The position numbers and the translations under genes were made by a program. Below the pieces are notes generated by a model. That model worked only from the letters and a program-made list of their open reading frames with translations. It was not told the origin of the DNA and did no database searches. Shown one piece after another: positions 1 to 12,890 of a stretch of DNA of 64,000 bases. The stretch lies in the NCBI GenBank assembly GCA_973895155.1, contig OZ316899.1, forward strand, positions 6,203,241 through 6,267,240, given 5' to 3'. Source of the DNA: Marsupella aquatica (Eukaryota; Plantae; Marchantiophyta). How positions within the stretch are numbered: position 1 is the stretch's first letter; every line of letters starts with the position of its first letter.

Positions 1-2561
1 GTGGTGGTTCCCAAGAAAGTAGGGCCCAATGGTAAACCCAAGATTCAAATATGCCAGGACTACCGAAAGCTCAACGGTGCCACTCGCTTCCTTACACGGA
101 TATGGTTCTCGACATGGTAGCCCGAAATGAGGTATACACCTTCTTGGACCGATTTTTGGGTTATAACCAGATCTGGATCAGACTATCGGACCAACTCAAG
201 ACCACCTTCATAACGGAGTGGGGAACCTATGCGTTCAGAAGGATGCCCTTTGGCTTGTGCAATGCCCCTACGATGTTCCAGCGAATCATTATGAATATTT
301 TTCATGATTTCCTACGAGAATTTTTGGAGGTCTTCATAGATGATTTTGCCATCTTTGGAACAATCGCTCAGCACCCAGAACACTTAAGGCGGACCTTCGA
401 GCAATGCAAGGAAGTAGGATTGAAGCTGCACCCGGGTAAATGCTTCTTTGGGGTAATGAAAGGAGTGTTGCTTGGACATCGTGTATCCAAACGAGGCATT
501 GATGTGGATCAAGAGAAGGTGGCCGCTTGGATGAATGTCCCTTACCCAACGGACCAGAAGGTGGTGCGGTCTTTCTTAGGCTATGTGGGGTACTACCGAT
601 GATTCATTCAGGATTTTGCCAAAATCGCCCTACCCCTCACCGAAATGATGAAACAAGATGCAGTCATAGAATGACTCCCCGCCGAGTAGCCGCCTTTGAT
701 GAACTAAAAAACCGTCTAACCATGGCCCCTATCTTGACCACTCTCGGATTGGAATAAGGAGTTCCACGTGTACGTTGACGTATCTGGGTTTTGCATCGGG
801 TCAGTCTTGAGCCAACTGGATGACCTGAAACGCGACTACCCCATTTACTATACGAGCCGACAACTGTTTGCGGCAGAGAAAAATTATTCACCCACGGGTC
901 AAGAGGCCTTGGGGATCATCTATTCGTGTTACAAAAAGTTTCGCCATTATCTATTGGGGTACAAGGTAGTTTTCCATACTGACCATGATAGCCTGAAGTA
1001 CATGGTAAACAAAGCGGACTTGACGGGGAGAATAGCTCGTTGGGTCCTATTGCTCCAAGAATTTGACTACAAAGTCTGAGTATGACCTGGGAAGGCACAC
1101 GTGAATGCGGACTTCTTCTCATGGATTGAGGGAGAATCGAACAGTGCACCAGTGGATGATGCATTTCTTGATGAAGAGTTATTCCACGTTGAAACAAACC
1201 AACCGACGTGGTATGGGGACCTCATCACCTTTCTCTTAACCGGCCGCATTCCAGGTAACATCAACCAGGAGGCCACGTCAGTCTTCGTGCGCAAGGCGAC
1301 GCCTTACATGATGATACGCGGACATTTGCATAAGGAAGGAGTCGACGGGAAGATCCGCAGATGCCTGGAATATAATGAAACAATCATCGTCATGAGAGCT
1401 ATGCACAAGGAGGAGGCAGGGGGACACTTCACCCCAGTAACCATGTCCCACAAAATCTTGGACGCGGGTTATTGGTGGCCTACGCTTCATCACAACGTAG
1501 CCCGGTTCATCCGAGGTTGCAACTTGTGTTAGCGGGCGGGCAAACCACGCAGATCGGGTAATCACCCTCTTACCCCGATCTTTCCCTTGGCCCCATTTGA
1601 GAAATGGGGCGTTGATTATATCGGACCGTTCACCCCTGTAACCCAAGGTCGGCGTTGCCGGTACATTCTTCTCGCTATTGACTATTCAACTAAGTGGGTA
1701 GAGGCCCGAGCAACGGTCAAAGATGACGGAGCCACCACCGCCAGGTTCCTGTACAAACAGATCTTCACCCGTTTTGGACCCCCGTTGGAGTTAGTCAGTG
1801 ACCGCGGGACTCATTTCCTGAATGAAACGGTCAAAAAACTGACTAACCGTTACCTCGTCAAACACAGGAAGACTACCCCTTACCACCCCAAATGTAACGG
1901 ACTAACAGAGCGGGCTAATGGTATTGTGGGAAAAATCCTCAACAAAACCGTAGCCGCCCACAAAATGGACTAGGATGACAAGATTTTTGCGGCAATCTAT
2001 TCGTACAACTTGGCGTTTAAGACTACTACGAACCATAGTTCGTATTTTTTGGTTTTTGAACAACATTCGCTTGTTCCTGTCGAGTTTGAGGTCAAAACTC
2101 CACGGGTAAGCATCCACCACAGGTTAACGAAGCATGCTAGCTCATCCAATCAAGCGTACAAGATCGATAGCCTAGAAGAAAAGAGATTGTGGGCATTGCA
2201 GCGCGTGGCTACAAAGCAAGAAGCAACAAAGAAACAACACGACAAAGGACTATGGCAAGTGGACGTCGCTACGGGAGATCTCATCCTTTTGTACGATAGC
2301 AGGTACATGTACTTTACAAGAAAGTTGCACACACGCTGGCTGGGACCTTTTATTGTCCAACAAATGTACCCAAACGGATCCCTGCAGCTATCAACGTACG
2401 TCGGCGACCTCTTTCCCAATCGTGTTAGTTACGATCGTGTGAAGAAGTACTTTCACCAGGATGATGAGTGTAATGATGTTTGCAAGGACGCTTCACACTT
2501 GAGTGGGGAGCTATGTGACACGGGTAACGTGTCACTTAATAAAATGCAAGTCCTAGATTAG
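1..2561 (+). pseudogene. pol: Ty3/Gypsy pol remnant (RT - RNase H - integrase) with stops and frameshifts; 5' part lies outside the window
   Basis: RT motifs KTTFITEWG..MPFGLCNAP..FIDD (51-602); RNase H YVDVSG..E..KKFRHYL..TDH (768-1079); integrase HHCC (1101-1532), DDE core WGVDYIGP..SDRGTHF..NGLTERAN (1587-1973) and WLGPF tail (2010-2561). RT-RH-INT order is Gypsy. Confidence 0.95.
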
Positions 2562-3243
2562 GACTTATACGGTCATTAGGACCGTAGCCGTAGCGTAGAG
2601 TAGTACGAATAGCTGTCTTTGCCATTATGAATAGATTAGGAGTAGGTTAGTTACAAATTAAGGGAAGGAAATTATTACGATCGGCCAAGGTATGGTGGCG
2701 GCGGCGCAGTAAAAATCCGTTAGGAGATCACGCTTGGACCGAGACACCCAACTTCAAGCCATTATCAATGACTAAACGGCCTCACCTTCTCACGCTCAAG
2801 CTCACCCTGGCACATCCATAAGAGCTGAGTTGATGGCGCCGCGGCCCATTTGCTCATTCATACCTTTCGGAATTTGCGGACGTTGCCACTCACTCTCGCA
2901 TTTTGCTTGAATCAAGCTAACTTTTATGAGGAAATTATCGAAGGTCAAGAGCAGATTGTGGCGAGATTTAGTCAGGGCGAGGAAGGCCTCCACCAGCAAG
3001 AAAAACTGTCAGGCGGGGACGCGGGCTCAACAAACCAGACCGCAAGGGTTAGTATGACCCTTACAGCTTTGGGATTTTGGACCTTGTTTGGCAAGGTAGG
3101 TGCTAAGTTCTCCGAGACCAACCAGTCCCAATGGCCCTCGGATAGTCAACAGCCCAATCTTAATATAGGTAATCCGCGTCCCCGAGGTAGTCTAGACAAC
3201 GATCAAGAAACCCGACCACGCAGACTATCTCAAGGAACATCAG

Positions 3244-4674
3244 TTGGAGCAGTTTGCTTACTTGCTATGGAGACCTAGCGCAGCCAGGCCAAAGGAGGTT
3301 TATGAGTTCATCTCCAATTTTGACATTGATGCAGCGACCACCAAGGTTTTAGGGCAGACCTTATCACTTACGGAGTATTGGTTGGCACATATCTTTTGTC
3401 TGCCAACTGGGCCGGTGTCGGTGAACTCTGAATTCGGGATAAGGAGTATACACCCTGGCACTTCAAACCCGAGGGTAAGATAGACAACGGGTACAAGCAG
3501 GGGCTATGCACCAACTTAGTCTGTATGGAGCGACTTAACTTCATACAGACTACCCTACACATGATTGAGCCACGATCCGAGATCTCCCTCTATACGATCG
3601 TACAGGTGGAACAGTGAGTACAAACGGCGGAACTGGGCCCAATTCTTTTGCCGTAGGTTCTCAAGGGAGCTTAGGCGGGCTCAAGGAGGTATGTCTATCG
3701 GGGGAAGGACCTACCTAGGAAGTCACATCGCCATCATCCTTGCCTGGTACAAGGCGCAACGGGAGGCCAGGGGAAAGAATATGGCCACCTCAGCCCTGAC
3801 TAGTGTCACCTCCGCTCCAGAGGAGGCTACCCCAAGCAAGCAGACTACCACGCCTCCGGCAAACCCCACGCTTGTGGCCCCGACTAATACTCCGCCACCT
3901 CCTCCCATTGAAATTCCGCTGCCCCCTTTCGTCCAGCCTCCGCTACCCCCAGTACAACCACCCCCAATCCCTCCGGCCACCACCTGAAGAAACCTTCCCC
4001 TCCCCATTGCAGACTACGGAGGAGTTTGCCGCCCCGCCTGAGGAACCACCGGTGCCCGAGAGGATGGAGGACTACCAAATAGCCCCAGGGACCACGGCCT
4101 ACGACCTGGTACAAAAGTTTAGCCAGACTCTGTTAGGGGAGCTGGCGACGTACATCTGGCAACAGGTCTCGGCGTACTTCCAACCAGCCTTCTTCATGTT
4201 AGAGCACCAACCACGGATTGTAAGCCACTTAGAGGAGGAACTCATGGCAAAGGGGAACAAGATTGAGCGCCTCCGAATGCTAGTAGAATACCTCAAAGAG
4301 GAGGCCACCACCCGCCGTGAAGAGTTAGTTCGCACCGTTGAACAACGGGAAGGACTCAACCAGGAGTTGAGCGTGGTCAAGCAGATCTTAAGAAGCTGGA
4401 TGACACTGTGCTTTAATTGCGCTCAAAATCCTTGGCTTGGGTTACCAGCCTGACTGACCTCAACAACCAATTCCTGCAGGCAGCTCAGCAGGTGGCTAGT
4501 CTCTCCGCCGAGCGAGATAAATTGTTGGCGCAGGACCAGACCCATTGTGACTCCATCGGCCAGTTCAACCTAGAGGTAGCATGGCTCCAGACCAAGGCCG
4601 ACAAAGCTGCAAACGAGGTAGAGGAGGCGGTACAGGATAACAAGCCTTGCAGAACCGCATTACCCTGCTCGTGA
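3244..4674 (+). pseudogene. Accessory ORF between pol and the 3' LTR (env position): conserved N-terminal domain, Pro-rich linker, coiled coil; frameshifted
   Basis: ORF pieces 3244-3483, 3565-3987, 3803-4453, 4417-4674. LEQFAYLLW..VYEFISNFD..VLGQTLSLTEYWLAHIFCLP resembles LEAFVRLPW..LLEFVGSWE..IYGKDFYLTPKVIAEVFGLP in the solo-LTR ORFs. Confidence 0.7.
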
Positions 4675-5136
4675 GCCAGCGGGCAAGACTTGGACCCACC
4701 TCTGATCAAGGCGGCTTGAGGTCTCGCCCCGACAAGGGGACAAACCCTGGTCCAACCACAGCACGCATGTAAGGGGTGGTTAGCGGAGGGAGCGAACAGG
4801 CACCGCGCAAGGCAATTGGGTCAGCGACATCTTTTTGATTAGGCTTAATAACAGAATAGCTGTCATTAGGCGCCGTTTAGTGGCGCAGTAGGGAGGATTA
4901 GGACAAGATCAGTTAGGACCAGTCGACGTAGGATAGAGCCCATCAACGGACTAGAATTTTGGTCAGTGGACTTAGCTACTGACACTGAGTCAGCGCCCCC
5001 GCCATTGACTGTCAACCGGTCAGAGGAAATGCGGCCAGCTAGTCAAAAGGTAGTTAGTCAGTAGGCATTACCCTGGAATGTAGTATCTTCCGGCTCCTTT
5101 CCGCAAACGTAGTATTTAGGCTACCCCTTCCGCTGT

Positions 5137-5150
5137 GGAGGGGGAGAAGA
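5137..5150 (+). promoter_or_regulatory. Polypurine tract of the Gypsy element
   Basis: GGAGGGGGAGAAGA downstream of pol and the accessory ORF. Confidence 0.6.
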
Positions 5151-5769
5151 CTTAGTTCACCTTAGCACAGGAAAAGGCAAGGCACGGGGAGTCCCGGCCT
5201 GAGCAGGGTCAGAGTGCACTAAGGAGTGAGAGCTAGAGTCGAGCTTGTTGGGCAAGCGCGGGGCAGGGTCTCGTAGAGACTGGGCATCGACTGTCGTTAG
5301 GCCTGCTGACCCCTTAGAAGTCGAGTCAACCATGTAAACCAATTCTTTGTTGAGTAAATGTAGTCTTTTCCCTCTGATTTTATTGTGAGTAACTGGTGTT
5401 GTGTGCATGCTTTGTCTGGGCAAAGGCGCCATTTGAAGGGACGTACCGGGTGCGGACTAATGGTAGGCATTGCCACAAGTTGCATGTTGCAAGGTTCTAA
5501 GTCATGTCAATGGCTTGAAAGCCCCAAGACGGGAGTTAGTCCGAGTCACTAACTGTGGGAATATTCCAACAATGGAAAACAAATATACCTATGACCAGTA
5601 CGAGTTGCGTAAGTATTATACCGGTAAGTATATCGACTTAGCCCGGCTTAGGGCTAATCGGGGCCACTACACACCTCCTTGCCCGAACCCTCACCCCTAC
5701 TGGTGGTCGTTGTCGCCCCAGGGAACTAACTTGGATTTAGGGCCCGGGTTATGGGCGCGACAAGTAACA
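5151..5769 (+). repeat. Probable 3' LTR of the Gypsy element (boundaries approximate)
   Basis: Follows the PPT and ends near GGGCGCGACA/AGTAACA (5762-5769). The initial TG is not clean, and there is no partner LTR or TSD in the window. Confidence 0.4.
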
Positions 5770-5829
5770 TCGCCCCCAATGTGGACTGAGTGGGGAGAGA
5801 CATCAGCAACACCCACTCCCTCCTGACTG

Positions 5830-7889
5830 GCCAGGGGCCCTAACACCACCCCCTGTCAAGCCTTAGTGACGAGAACCTCCTGAGCCACCCCCAACTGCAC
5901 CAGAGTGCTGTGAGCATCTAGAACACCCTTCCCCATGAGGCTCTAATCGGCCAGACCCACCAACAGCACGTTGCTCATCTCGCGACACATGCCAAGTGCC
6001 TCAAATATCAGCTCTGCCACTAGCCCATGACTGGCGCTGGTGACCCTCACCACCTGTGCCAGCAGCCTGTGAGTCACGTCTGCCACTAGATCCAACCCCT
6101 ATGGCTCTAGGCTGGTGAGGGGTCCCACTAGCACCACCCCTATTGGTCCTAGTATGTGTCGCACAAACATCCGCTATGGGACCACGACGGGTAGACTGAA
6201 GAGCCCTAGCACTACCCCTAACTGTATTGGACCGGCAAGGAGGGGGTTTAGGGTTTAGGGTCCAAGGACTCTGAATCAGATTTGTCGGATCCCCCATTGC
6301 TATGCCCTGAGCCCTCGTCTGCCGAGTCCTCACCCTCCGATCCCTCCTTGTCTGAGCCCTGCATATATCCAACCAACAACCCAAATTAGTATACGCTTTT
6401 TAGAAATAAATTTCAACACCCCATTAAGACATTGCATTAAAAATAATCTCCTTATCAAACCCAACTCCTCCTTCAAGTGAATCCAAAGAGCCCGTGGTCC
6501 TTGTTTCTTAGCCAACTCCCTCTCTTCTGACAATATTGGTCGCCCATGCTCGCTCTCCTGCCCCCCTCAAAAAATGCACCGACAACCAAATTAGTCCCAA
6601 TTAGTGCCACCGGCTCACACCCCAACTAGATCCACATTGAAACACCCCCAACATGTTTTTAAATGGTCAATGGAACCAACCGCAATAATCCGCAAGGGTA
6701 ATTGTCAAAAAAATTGAAAATTCAAACTGTTTGATTACTTTCCGATTGTGTGTCCGATAGCATCAAGGTTGGATTGGAATCGGACACAACGTCCAAAAAA
6801 GGCATAGCAGTATTTCCGACTGTCTTTCCAATGCTATTACAATCGGACCATAATCAGAAATAGGGCCTCAAAAAAAAAGATAAGAGTTATCGATCGCATG
6901 CATAGCGCGCTTGTAGGGCCCGGACGGCTTGACAATAAGAGGGGACTTTGGGCCGGGGCTCTTTAGGCAAAGAAGGGCCTCAGGTGATCAGGTGAATTGA
7001 GGGAAGAGCTTGGAGAGAGGAGGTGGAGTCTACTTACAAATTCTGCCTTGAGACGCAGCGACCCGCCCTGCCCCATTCTGTGAGTGACTACTGGCCTGTT
7101 CTCAACTCGAATCAATGCCTTTTGCATATGTGAGGGAGGGTCCCCAAGCTGAATTGACTTTGCATCCCAATGTTGCAGGTTTTGATCAGCATGGCGGGTG
7201 TCAATAGTCTCCCCTGCCTGCTGGGCCCTCACTGCAAGGACTTCTAGCTCAGCTTGCCGGTATCTCCTTGCCTGCCAGGCTCAAACCTGCAGCTCGGTCT
7301 CAATCCAAGGTGGCCATACCTCCACAGGAATATCATTTGGGCACCCTCTTTGCCTGATCACCTCCTCATTGTCCTTGCACTCACCAAGGTACTTCCTCAG
7401 CTTCTCCCTGATGTGATTCCTTATGTCTGCAAGGGATAGACTGATTTTCTTGTTTAAGAACCTGTCATCAATGAATGAGCCATTGCAAAAATGTTCCTTC
7501 ACTTGCTCACAAACTCGGAACTTCTCTTCTTCCTTTTTCTTCCCCCAGTAATCTAACACTCCAAAATGGGATCTAAGTACTTGCCCAAGCTGACTCCTGA
7601 AAAGATTATAGCTCTTGGCCCTTGGAGCTCCTCCCTCATTCAGATAAAATTTTGGTCTCTTGCTTCTCTCCTCTGCCCGCAGCTTCTCCTCCTCGGCTCT
7701 TTTCCTATTTGCAGCCTGTGCCTCTCTACGTAAGGCCTTCTCTCTCTGTCGTGGTGAGAGGGTCTCCACAGGTACAGTCTCTTTCTCCTCCCTTCTCTTC
7801 CCCTTCTTCTCTTTCTCCCTAGTACGCTGCCTCTCCTCAAATGCTTTATGAGCTTCAACAAGAACAGTGCTCCTAGAAGAGTCTAGCAA
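5830..7889 (-). pseudogene. CACTA TnpA/PttA-like second gene, multi-exon and degenerate, divergent from the transposase
   Basis: ORFs 7281-7889, 6963-7232 and 6001-6384. W..EEKFRVCEQVKEHF..P.DIPVEVW and HRMGQGG parallel LDPQKW..HFGRGG in the TnpA-like gene of the second CACTA (19524-20192). Confidence 0.55.
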
Positions 7890-8006
7890 TCCTTGTATCA
7901 GGTGCCCTAAAAATGCTTCCGACTACTCATCCGATTCTATTTACATCGGAAATTCCCATTAAAATTGTATCGGACATTGTATCATATGAACATCGGACCC
8001 CTCCTG

Positions 8007-8365
8007 GAGGTGTTTACAAAAGACAGCAAACAGGAAACAGGATTTAATAACAAAAACTGGTAAGAGGGAAAAAAAACTGGTAACAGGAAAATGGGTGGAA
8101 TTTTTTTTGGAATTTTTTTTTTTTAGAAAAAAATTTATTATTTTTGGTCGACCAGTTTTTTTTGCTAGCGCCTGGCGCTGCTAATAGTAGCGCCCAAAGC
8201 TAGCCAAAAATGTTGCATTGTTAATTTTTTTGGAAATAACATGTTTTAGGAGACATTTTTAAATTGTCATTTTTCATGGTAACAATGATTTTTTCCTGGT
8301 AACAGCATATTAAAAACAGGAAAAAAAATTCTTGTTTACCTGTTTCCTGTCTCCGTCGCTATACC
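8007..8365. mobile_element. Possible ~360-bp MITE with a 9-bp TSD (Mutator-type)
   Basis: CCCCTCCTG direct repeat at 7998-8006 and 8366-8374; imperfect inverted ends (GACAGCAAACAGGAAACAG vs CTGTTTCCTGTC); A/T-rich interior. Confidence 0.35.
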
Positions 8366-9049
8366 CCCCTCCTGCAAGCACTATCCTAAGGCTCTTCCGA
8401 TATAGAGAACATGGTAAATGAAGTTGGTCTTTCTTTGGATGACACTACGTTGGTTCTATGTGTTGGCCAGGGGTTCTACGTATAGGGCGGACCATCGGAG
8501 CCATGGTATCCCTTGTCACATGCATGATTTTGGAGGTGGTTGGTATGTATAAGGGTTGCGGGTTATTTTTAAAGGTTACTCCAAATTTTTAGGGTGGCAT
8601 TTAATTTGGAGTGCCAAATACAATCTGACCTAGCTAACCTTATGCATCTTGCATTCGGAATTTTGCAGTTCCTTTTTGGGGAGGGTTAGGTTATTGCGAT
8701 TATTTTGGGTCCATTTTTGCAATGCATCATGCACAGTGAGAGCCCACACATCTGAAAGGTATTACCACCTCTACAATGTGAGCTATAATTACTATGAAGC
8801 ATTACCTATAATTACTATGAATTATTGATATTGGTGTACCCCAATTAAGCTCAAGGGTACTTGTGCAGCAATTTCAGATTTTTCTTAGAATATAGTCTAA
8901 GGCCAAGATCCTAGTCGGCACTGCAAAGCGCGGGTCTCATTCAGGTATTATTGATATGAAAACATCTCTATGTTTTCTTTGCCTTCATATTTATTGCATT
9001 GGTCTTACATATTTAATTCCCACAATGGCACATAAAAGGTTATTTTTGT

Positions 9050-9295
9050 ATGGGTGATGGACAGATGTCTTCTTCCGAGAGTTCAAAGTCGGATTCCGAC
9101 TCAACCTCTTCATATTTTGAGGGGGACATTCCTCCCCCACCTCCGAGGCTTCAATGTCCTCCTCCTCTAGGCCCTATTCCATGTTGGTGTGCCCGATGTA
9201 AAGGCATGGTGGTTTGTCAAGCCTGGGAAGCCATTGAGCATATTGAGAACTATGGCAGACACGAGGGCAATTTACCGAGATATTCTACTCGCGAG
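9050..9295 (+). CDS. Predicted exon 1 of the CACTA gene: transposase-associated Zn-binding motif
   Basis: IPCWCARCKG...EHIENYGRH matches CPCMRCKG...QHLVKHGRY at the N-terminus of the second CACTA transposase (~24980-25065, minus strand). Phase-0 GT donor at 9296 (GAG|GTATCC). Confidence 0.65.
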
Positions 9296-9438
9296 GTATC
9301 CACAATTAATTGCTCTTGGAGACATTGACATGTACAATTTGCCACATTGCACCCATACATTTATTAACTATTGGTTTTTTTGAGATTGAATAGGTGCCTC
9401 ATAGGACCCCTCCTCCATTGGTCTCTAATGACTTATAG

Positions 9439-10302
9439 GTAAATACACTTTTGGCTGGTGCAAGAGAGTTGCTTGCATCATCATCAGCTCCCTCTCCATC
9501 TGCCCCCCCCGGTGTTCAGCCAGAGAGCGTAGCAGTTCCATCCAGGGTTGGACGCACCCGAGCACGTTCCCAAAGACAACGTTGCCGTTATGCACCCTTG
9601 CCAGGCACTCATGAGACCAAGGAGCAAGTTGTAGACCGTACTCTTAGAGTGCCACCAGGAGAGGACTATGTGGAAGTGGAAGGGAGGTTGGGGTTGTCAT
9701 ATGTCACTGGGAAGGCATTGACAACGTTGAAGGATTTCTTGTCTGAGAGATTCAAAATACCGCCTGGCCTAACCACTGATACCCCTATCCACATATGGGG
9801 TCACCAATGGATAGTGAAGGGGTCTTCCCTTGGCCCTGACATAGGATTTGGGGTGTTTGCCTTGGAGGACATTGTGGTCCCGCCCAAGCCGTGGCCCCAA
9901 GGTTATGATGGTGAGCACCTATTTCCATACATTGGTCCCGTGTATACTTCAAAAGGTTGGAACATTATATTGCGCCAACACCCATCATGGGGTGTCTATG
10001 CATTGCAAATGGATTCTGATCTAGATGAGCTCATACGGAGGCCTTGGCAGTCTCGGATGATTGATGGCGACCCTGTTTGCTCCGATAATATAGCTGGGTA
10101 CATCAATAGTACTCGTGGTAGAGGGAGAGGACTTAGGGAGAGGATTCAGATATTTGGTCCACCTAGAGAGCCTTACTATGTAAAACATATGGATGATCAT
10201 GTCATGACTGTAGCCATTACAACCATTAGGGCTGGCCAGGAGTTGTTTTGTGACTATGAGTGGGATAGGCCCAAGAAAGCATTGCTTTCTCGCCCCGTGT
10301 AG
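9439..10302 (+). CDS. SET-domain protein (putative lysine methyltransferase) carried inside a CACTA element
   Basis: Uninterrupted frame with ordered SET motifs: GFGVFALEDI (motif I), LFPYIG, IDG, NIAGYINS (motif III-like, NH replaced by NS), AITTIRAGQELFCDYEW (motif IV). No pre-SET or post-SET Cys clusters. No ATG near the start, so it is probably a spliced exon. Confidence 0.85.
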   Translation, partial: VNTLLAGARELLASSSAPSPSAPPGVQPESVAVPSRVGRTRARSQRQRCRYAPLPGTHETKEQVVDRTLRVPPGEDYVEVEGRLGLSYVTGKALTTLKDFLSERFKIPPGLTTDTPIHIWGHQWIVKGSSLGPDIGFGVFALEDIVVPPKPWPQGYDGEHLFPYIGPVYTSKGWNIILRQHPSWGVYALQMDSDLDELIRRPWQSRMIDGDPVCSDNIAGYINSTRGRGRGLRERIQIFGPPREPYYVKHMDDHVMTVAITTIRAGQELFCDYEWDRPKKALLSRPV

Positions 10303-10840
10303 GGCAGACATATATGTATATATACCACCTTTTTGTTTAACATAAAATACATGATACAGGTTTTCAAACTAAATTGGTTAGTTGTGTAAGTCAATCTTTG
10401 ATCATGGTTTGAAAGTATACTAGTAGAATGTGTAAAGAGAATTGTAATCTCAGGGGTTTCACTTCCATAAAAATGGCATATCATGTGCGACAAAGGATAG
10501 GGTCGTTTTATTGGTTCTAAAGGAAGACTTAAGAATTTTGCATAAGAACAATATGGTCTTTTAAATTCAATTTTGAGACTTATAAGAACATTAGGGTTTT
10601 TTTAATCCAATTTTTGGAATATTCTTGGAATATTCCAACGTTATAGGGGTTGAAAAATAAATATTTTTTCTTACATTTTAGGGAGTCTGGGGCCTAAAAA
10701 CGTTGCAGGTGATGGGGAGGTCCCCATATAGTGAGACCCCTAAGATTGTAATTTTGCGGGGAAACCAAAAAGCCTATACCTTTAAACACTTGTCTCATTG
10801 TGGCCCTTCTAATATAATATTTATGTTTTTGAAATGTTAG

Positions 10841-12008
10841 AATGCATATGTTCAACCAGATATGGGGGTATTATCACGAGCAATGTGGCAACACCTTGTT
10901 GAGGCCATGGATGATTGGCGTAGGGCTCAAGCATCACAAAATGAAGATGTCCCTACTGAGCATGTGTCTAATGCCACCAAAGATAGACTTGAGGAGGAGA
11001 GGGCCATGGATGATCTTATGCACCAGTTTTGTGACGTGGAGGATGGTGACCATGATATGGGTGATGCATTTGACACCAATGCACATCCTCGTGGTGACAA
11101 TCCTTCACAAGGTTTCCACTCTAGACAATGGGAGGAAGCTCGTGACCATGCGCAAACACGGATTTTTGAGGGGTCACAACTATCTCGGCTCTCAGGAATA
11201 ATGTTATTGTTGAACTTGCAGCAAAGACATGGAGCAAGCAATCTCCTTCTTGATGATCTCTTCAGGACCTTGCATAGTCATATTTTTTCAGAAGGGAACT
11301 GCTTGCCTAGTTCATGGAAAGCGGCAAAAAAGGTGTTGGAATCCATAGGCCTCAAATACAAAGTCATACATGCTTGTGTGAATGATTGTGTTCAGTTCAG
11401 GGGGGAACACAAAGATGCCACTACATGTCCTACACGTGACCAACCGAGGTATCGAGAGGACATGCTGACTGGAAAAGTAGCACAGAAGGTCATGAGGTAT
11501 TTTCCTCTTATCCCCAAATTACGGCACCAGTACCGATGTGCAGAGTTGGCTGAGTATATGGTGTGGCATTCTAAGAACCGGTCAGATATGAGTTCAGATT
11601 GGCCGACCATGCGTATGATGGTGGACTCACCTACAAATAGGTTTGTGGAGGACTGATGGGGTGACTTCAAGACAGACCCACGTCATGTATGACTAGGTTT
11701 GGCATCAGATGGGATCAGCCCCTTTGCATTGGCCGGGAAGGCCCAACCATACTCAGTTTGGCCAGTAGTCCTTACAAATTATAACATCCCTCCATGGATG
11801 GCCATGAAGAAAGGTCATTTGCTGCTCTCAATGATTATCCCAGGCAAGCAAGTAAAAAATATTGATGTTTATTTGCAAGCATTGTTGGAGGAGCTTCAAC
11901 AACTATGGAGGGGAGTGGATTGCTATGATGGTCGAGTGCTTGCGGGTGGTTTACCTCGTGCATTTAAATTAAAAGCCATTGTTATGTGGACCATACATGA
12001 TCTTCCTG
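10841..12008 (+). pseudogene. CACTA/En-Spm Tnp2 transposase exon with 2 in-frame TGA stops; 3' part lost
   Basis: IHACVNDCVQFRG..C..C/R..RY, VMRYFPLIPKL, LASDGISPF, YSVWPVVLTNYNIPPW, IDVYLQALLEEL, WTIHDLPG. AG acceptor at 10839-10840, GT donor at 12009. Confidence 0.93.
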
Positions 12009-12639
12009 GTATGTTGAAATATACCTTTCCCCATATTATGCATGGTTTAAACACAATTTTGGACCAAACAAGAACTATTTCCGCAAACAAGAAGTGTATT
12101 TTTTATTTCCGCCGATTCTTGCAAAATTGGTGATTTTTTCAAAGAAAACCAGTTTTCTCCCTAACAATCAATTGTGTATTAGAGTTCGGATTGAATCAGA
12201 AAATTCTAGAATGCTCAGATCACTGAATTTCATGGATTGAGACATTAAATTCATAGAGGAAAAAATAAGATCAAAAATTTTCAAGCCAAACCTCAATCCT
12301 GGCTCTCCCAAAATATGTGAAATTGTTTTATCTTAAAAACCAGTACAATTTTTTTGACCTAACTCCGATAATCCTATCGGACTCAGCGTTCCATAGGAAA
12401 CAGGTGACCCAAAACTCCAATCCTTCCAGGTTTTAGATAGTTACCATAATATTTTTACATCAGAGTTGGCCAAACTTACCTTGTAGTTACCTCCACAGTA
12501 GACCACAGTCACCACACTGCCTGCGCACCCGACACACTATTAGCGCAATGGCAATGGGCAACACGATAAAATTATCACGCAAACATCCAAATCACACATC
12601 CACAACCAAGAAAACATCAAACGGAAAAACAACCATCAA

Positions 12640-12890
12640 GAGATAAATTTATCTCTCAAATAAAACTTTGCATTGCAAAACTCAACTCGGCAATACCAAC
12701 ATAGATAAATTTATCGCTAATCTTTCCAAACTTTGAAACTCCATGACAAAAACAAATTTTGCAATACCAATATAGATAAATTTATTGCTAACCTTTCAAA
12801 ACTTCAAGAATCCACGACAAAAACAAATTTTGCTGTACCAACATCGATTAACTTAGCGCGGGTTCCTTTAAACTGATAAATTAGCCAATG
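12640..12890. repeat. ~70-bp imperfect repeats with GATAAATTTATC palindromes (probable left subterminal region of the Sola1-like element)
   Basis: GATAAATTTATC-like sites near 12642, 12705 and 12775; AAAACAAATTTTGC recurs; the same palindrome forms the 59-bp array at 31283-31682. Confidence 0.6.
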
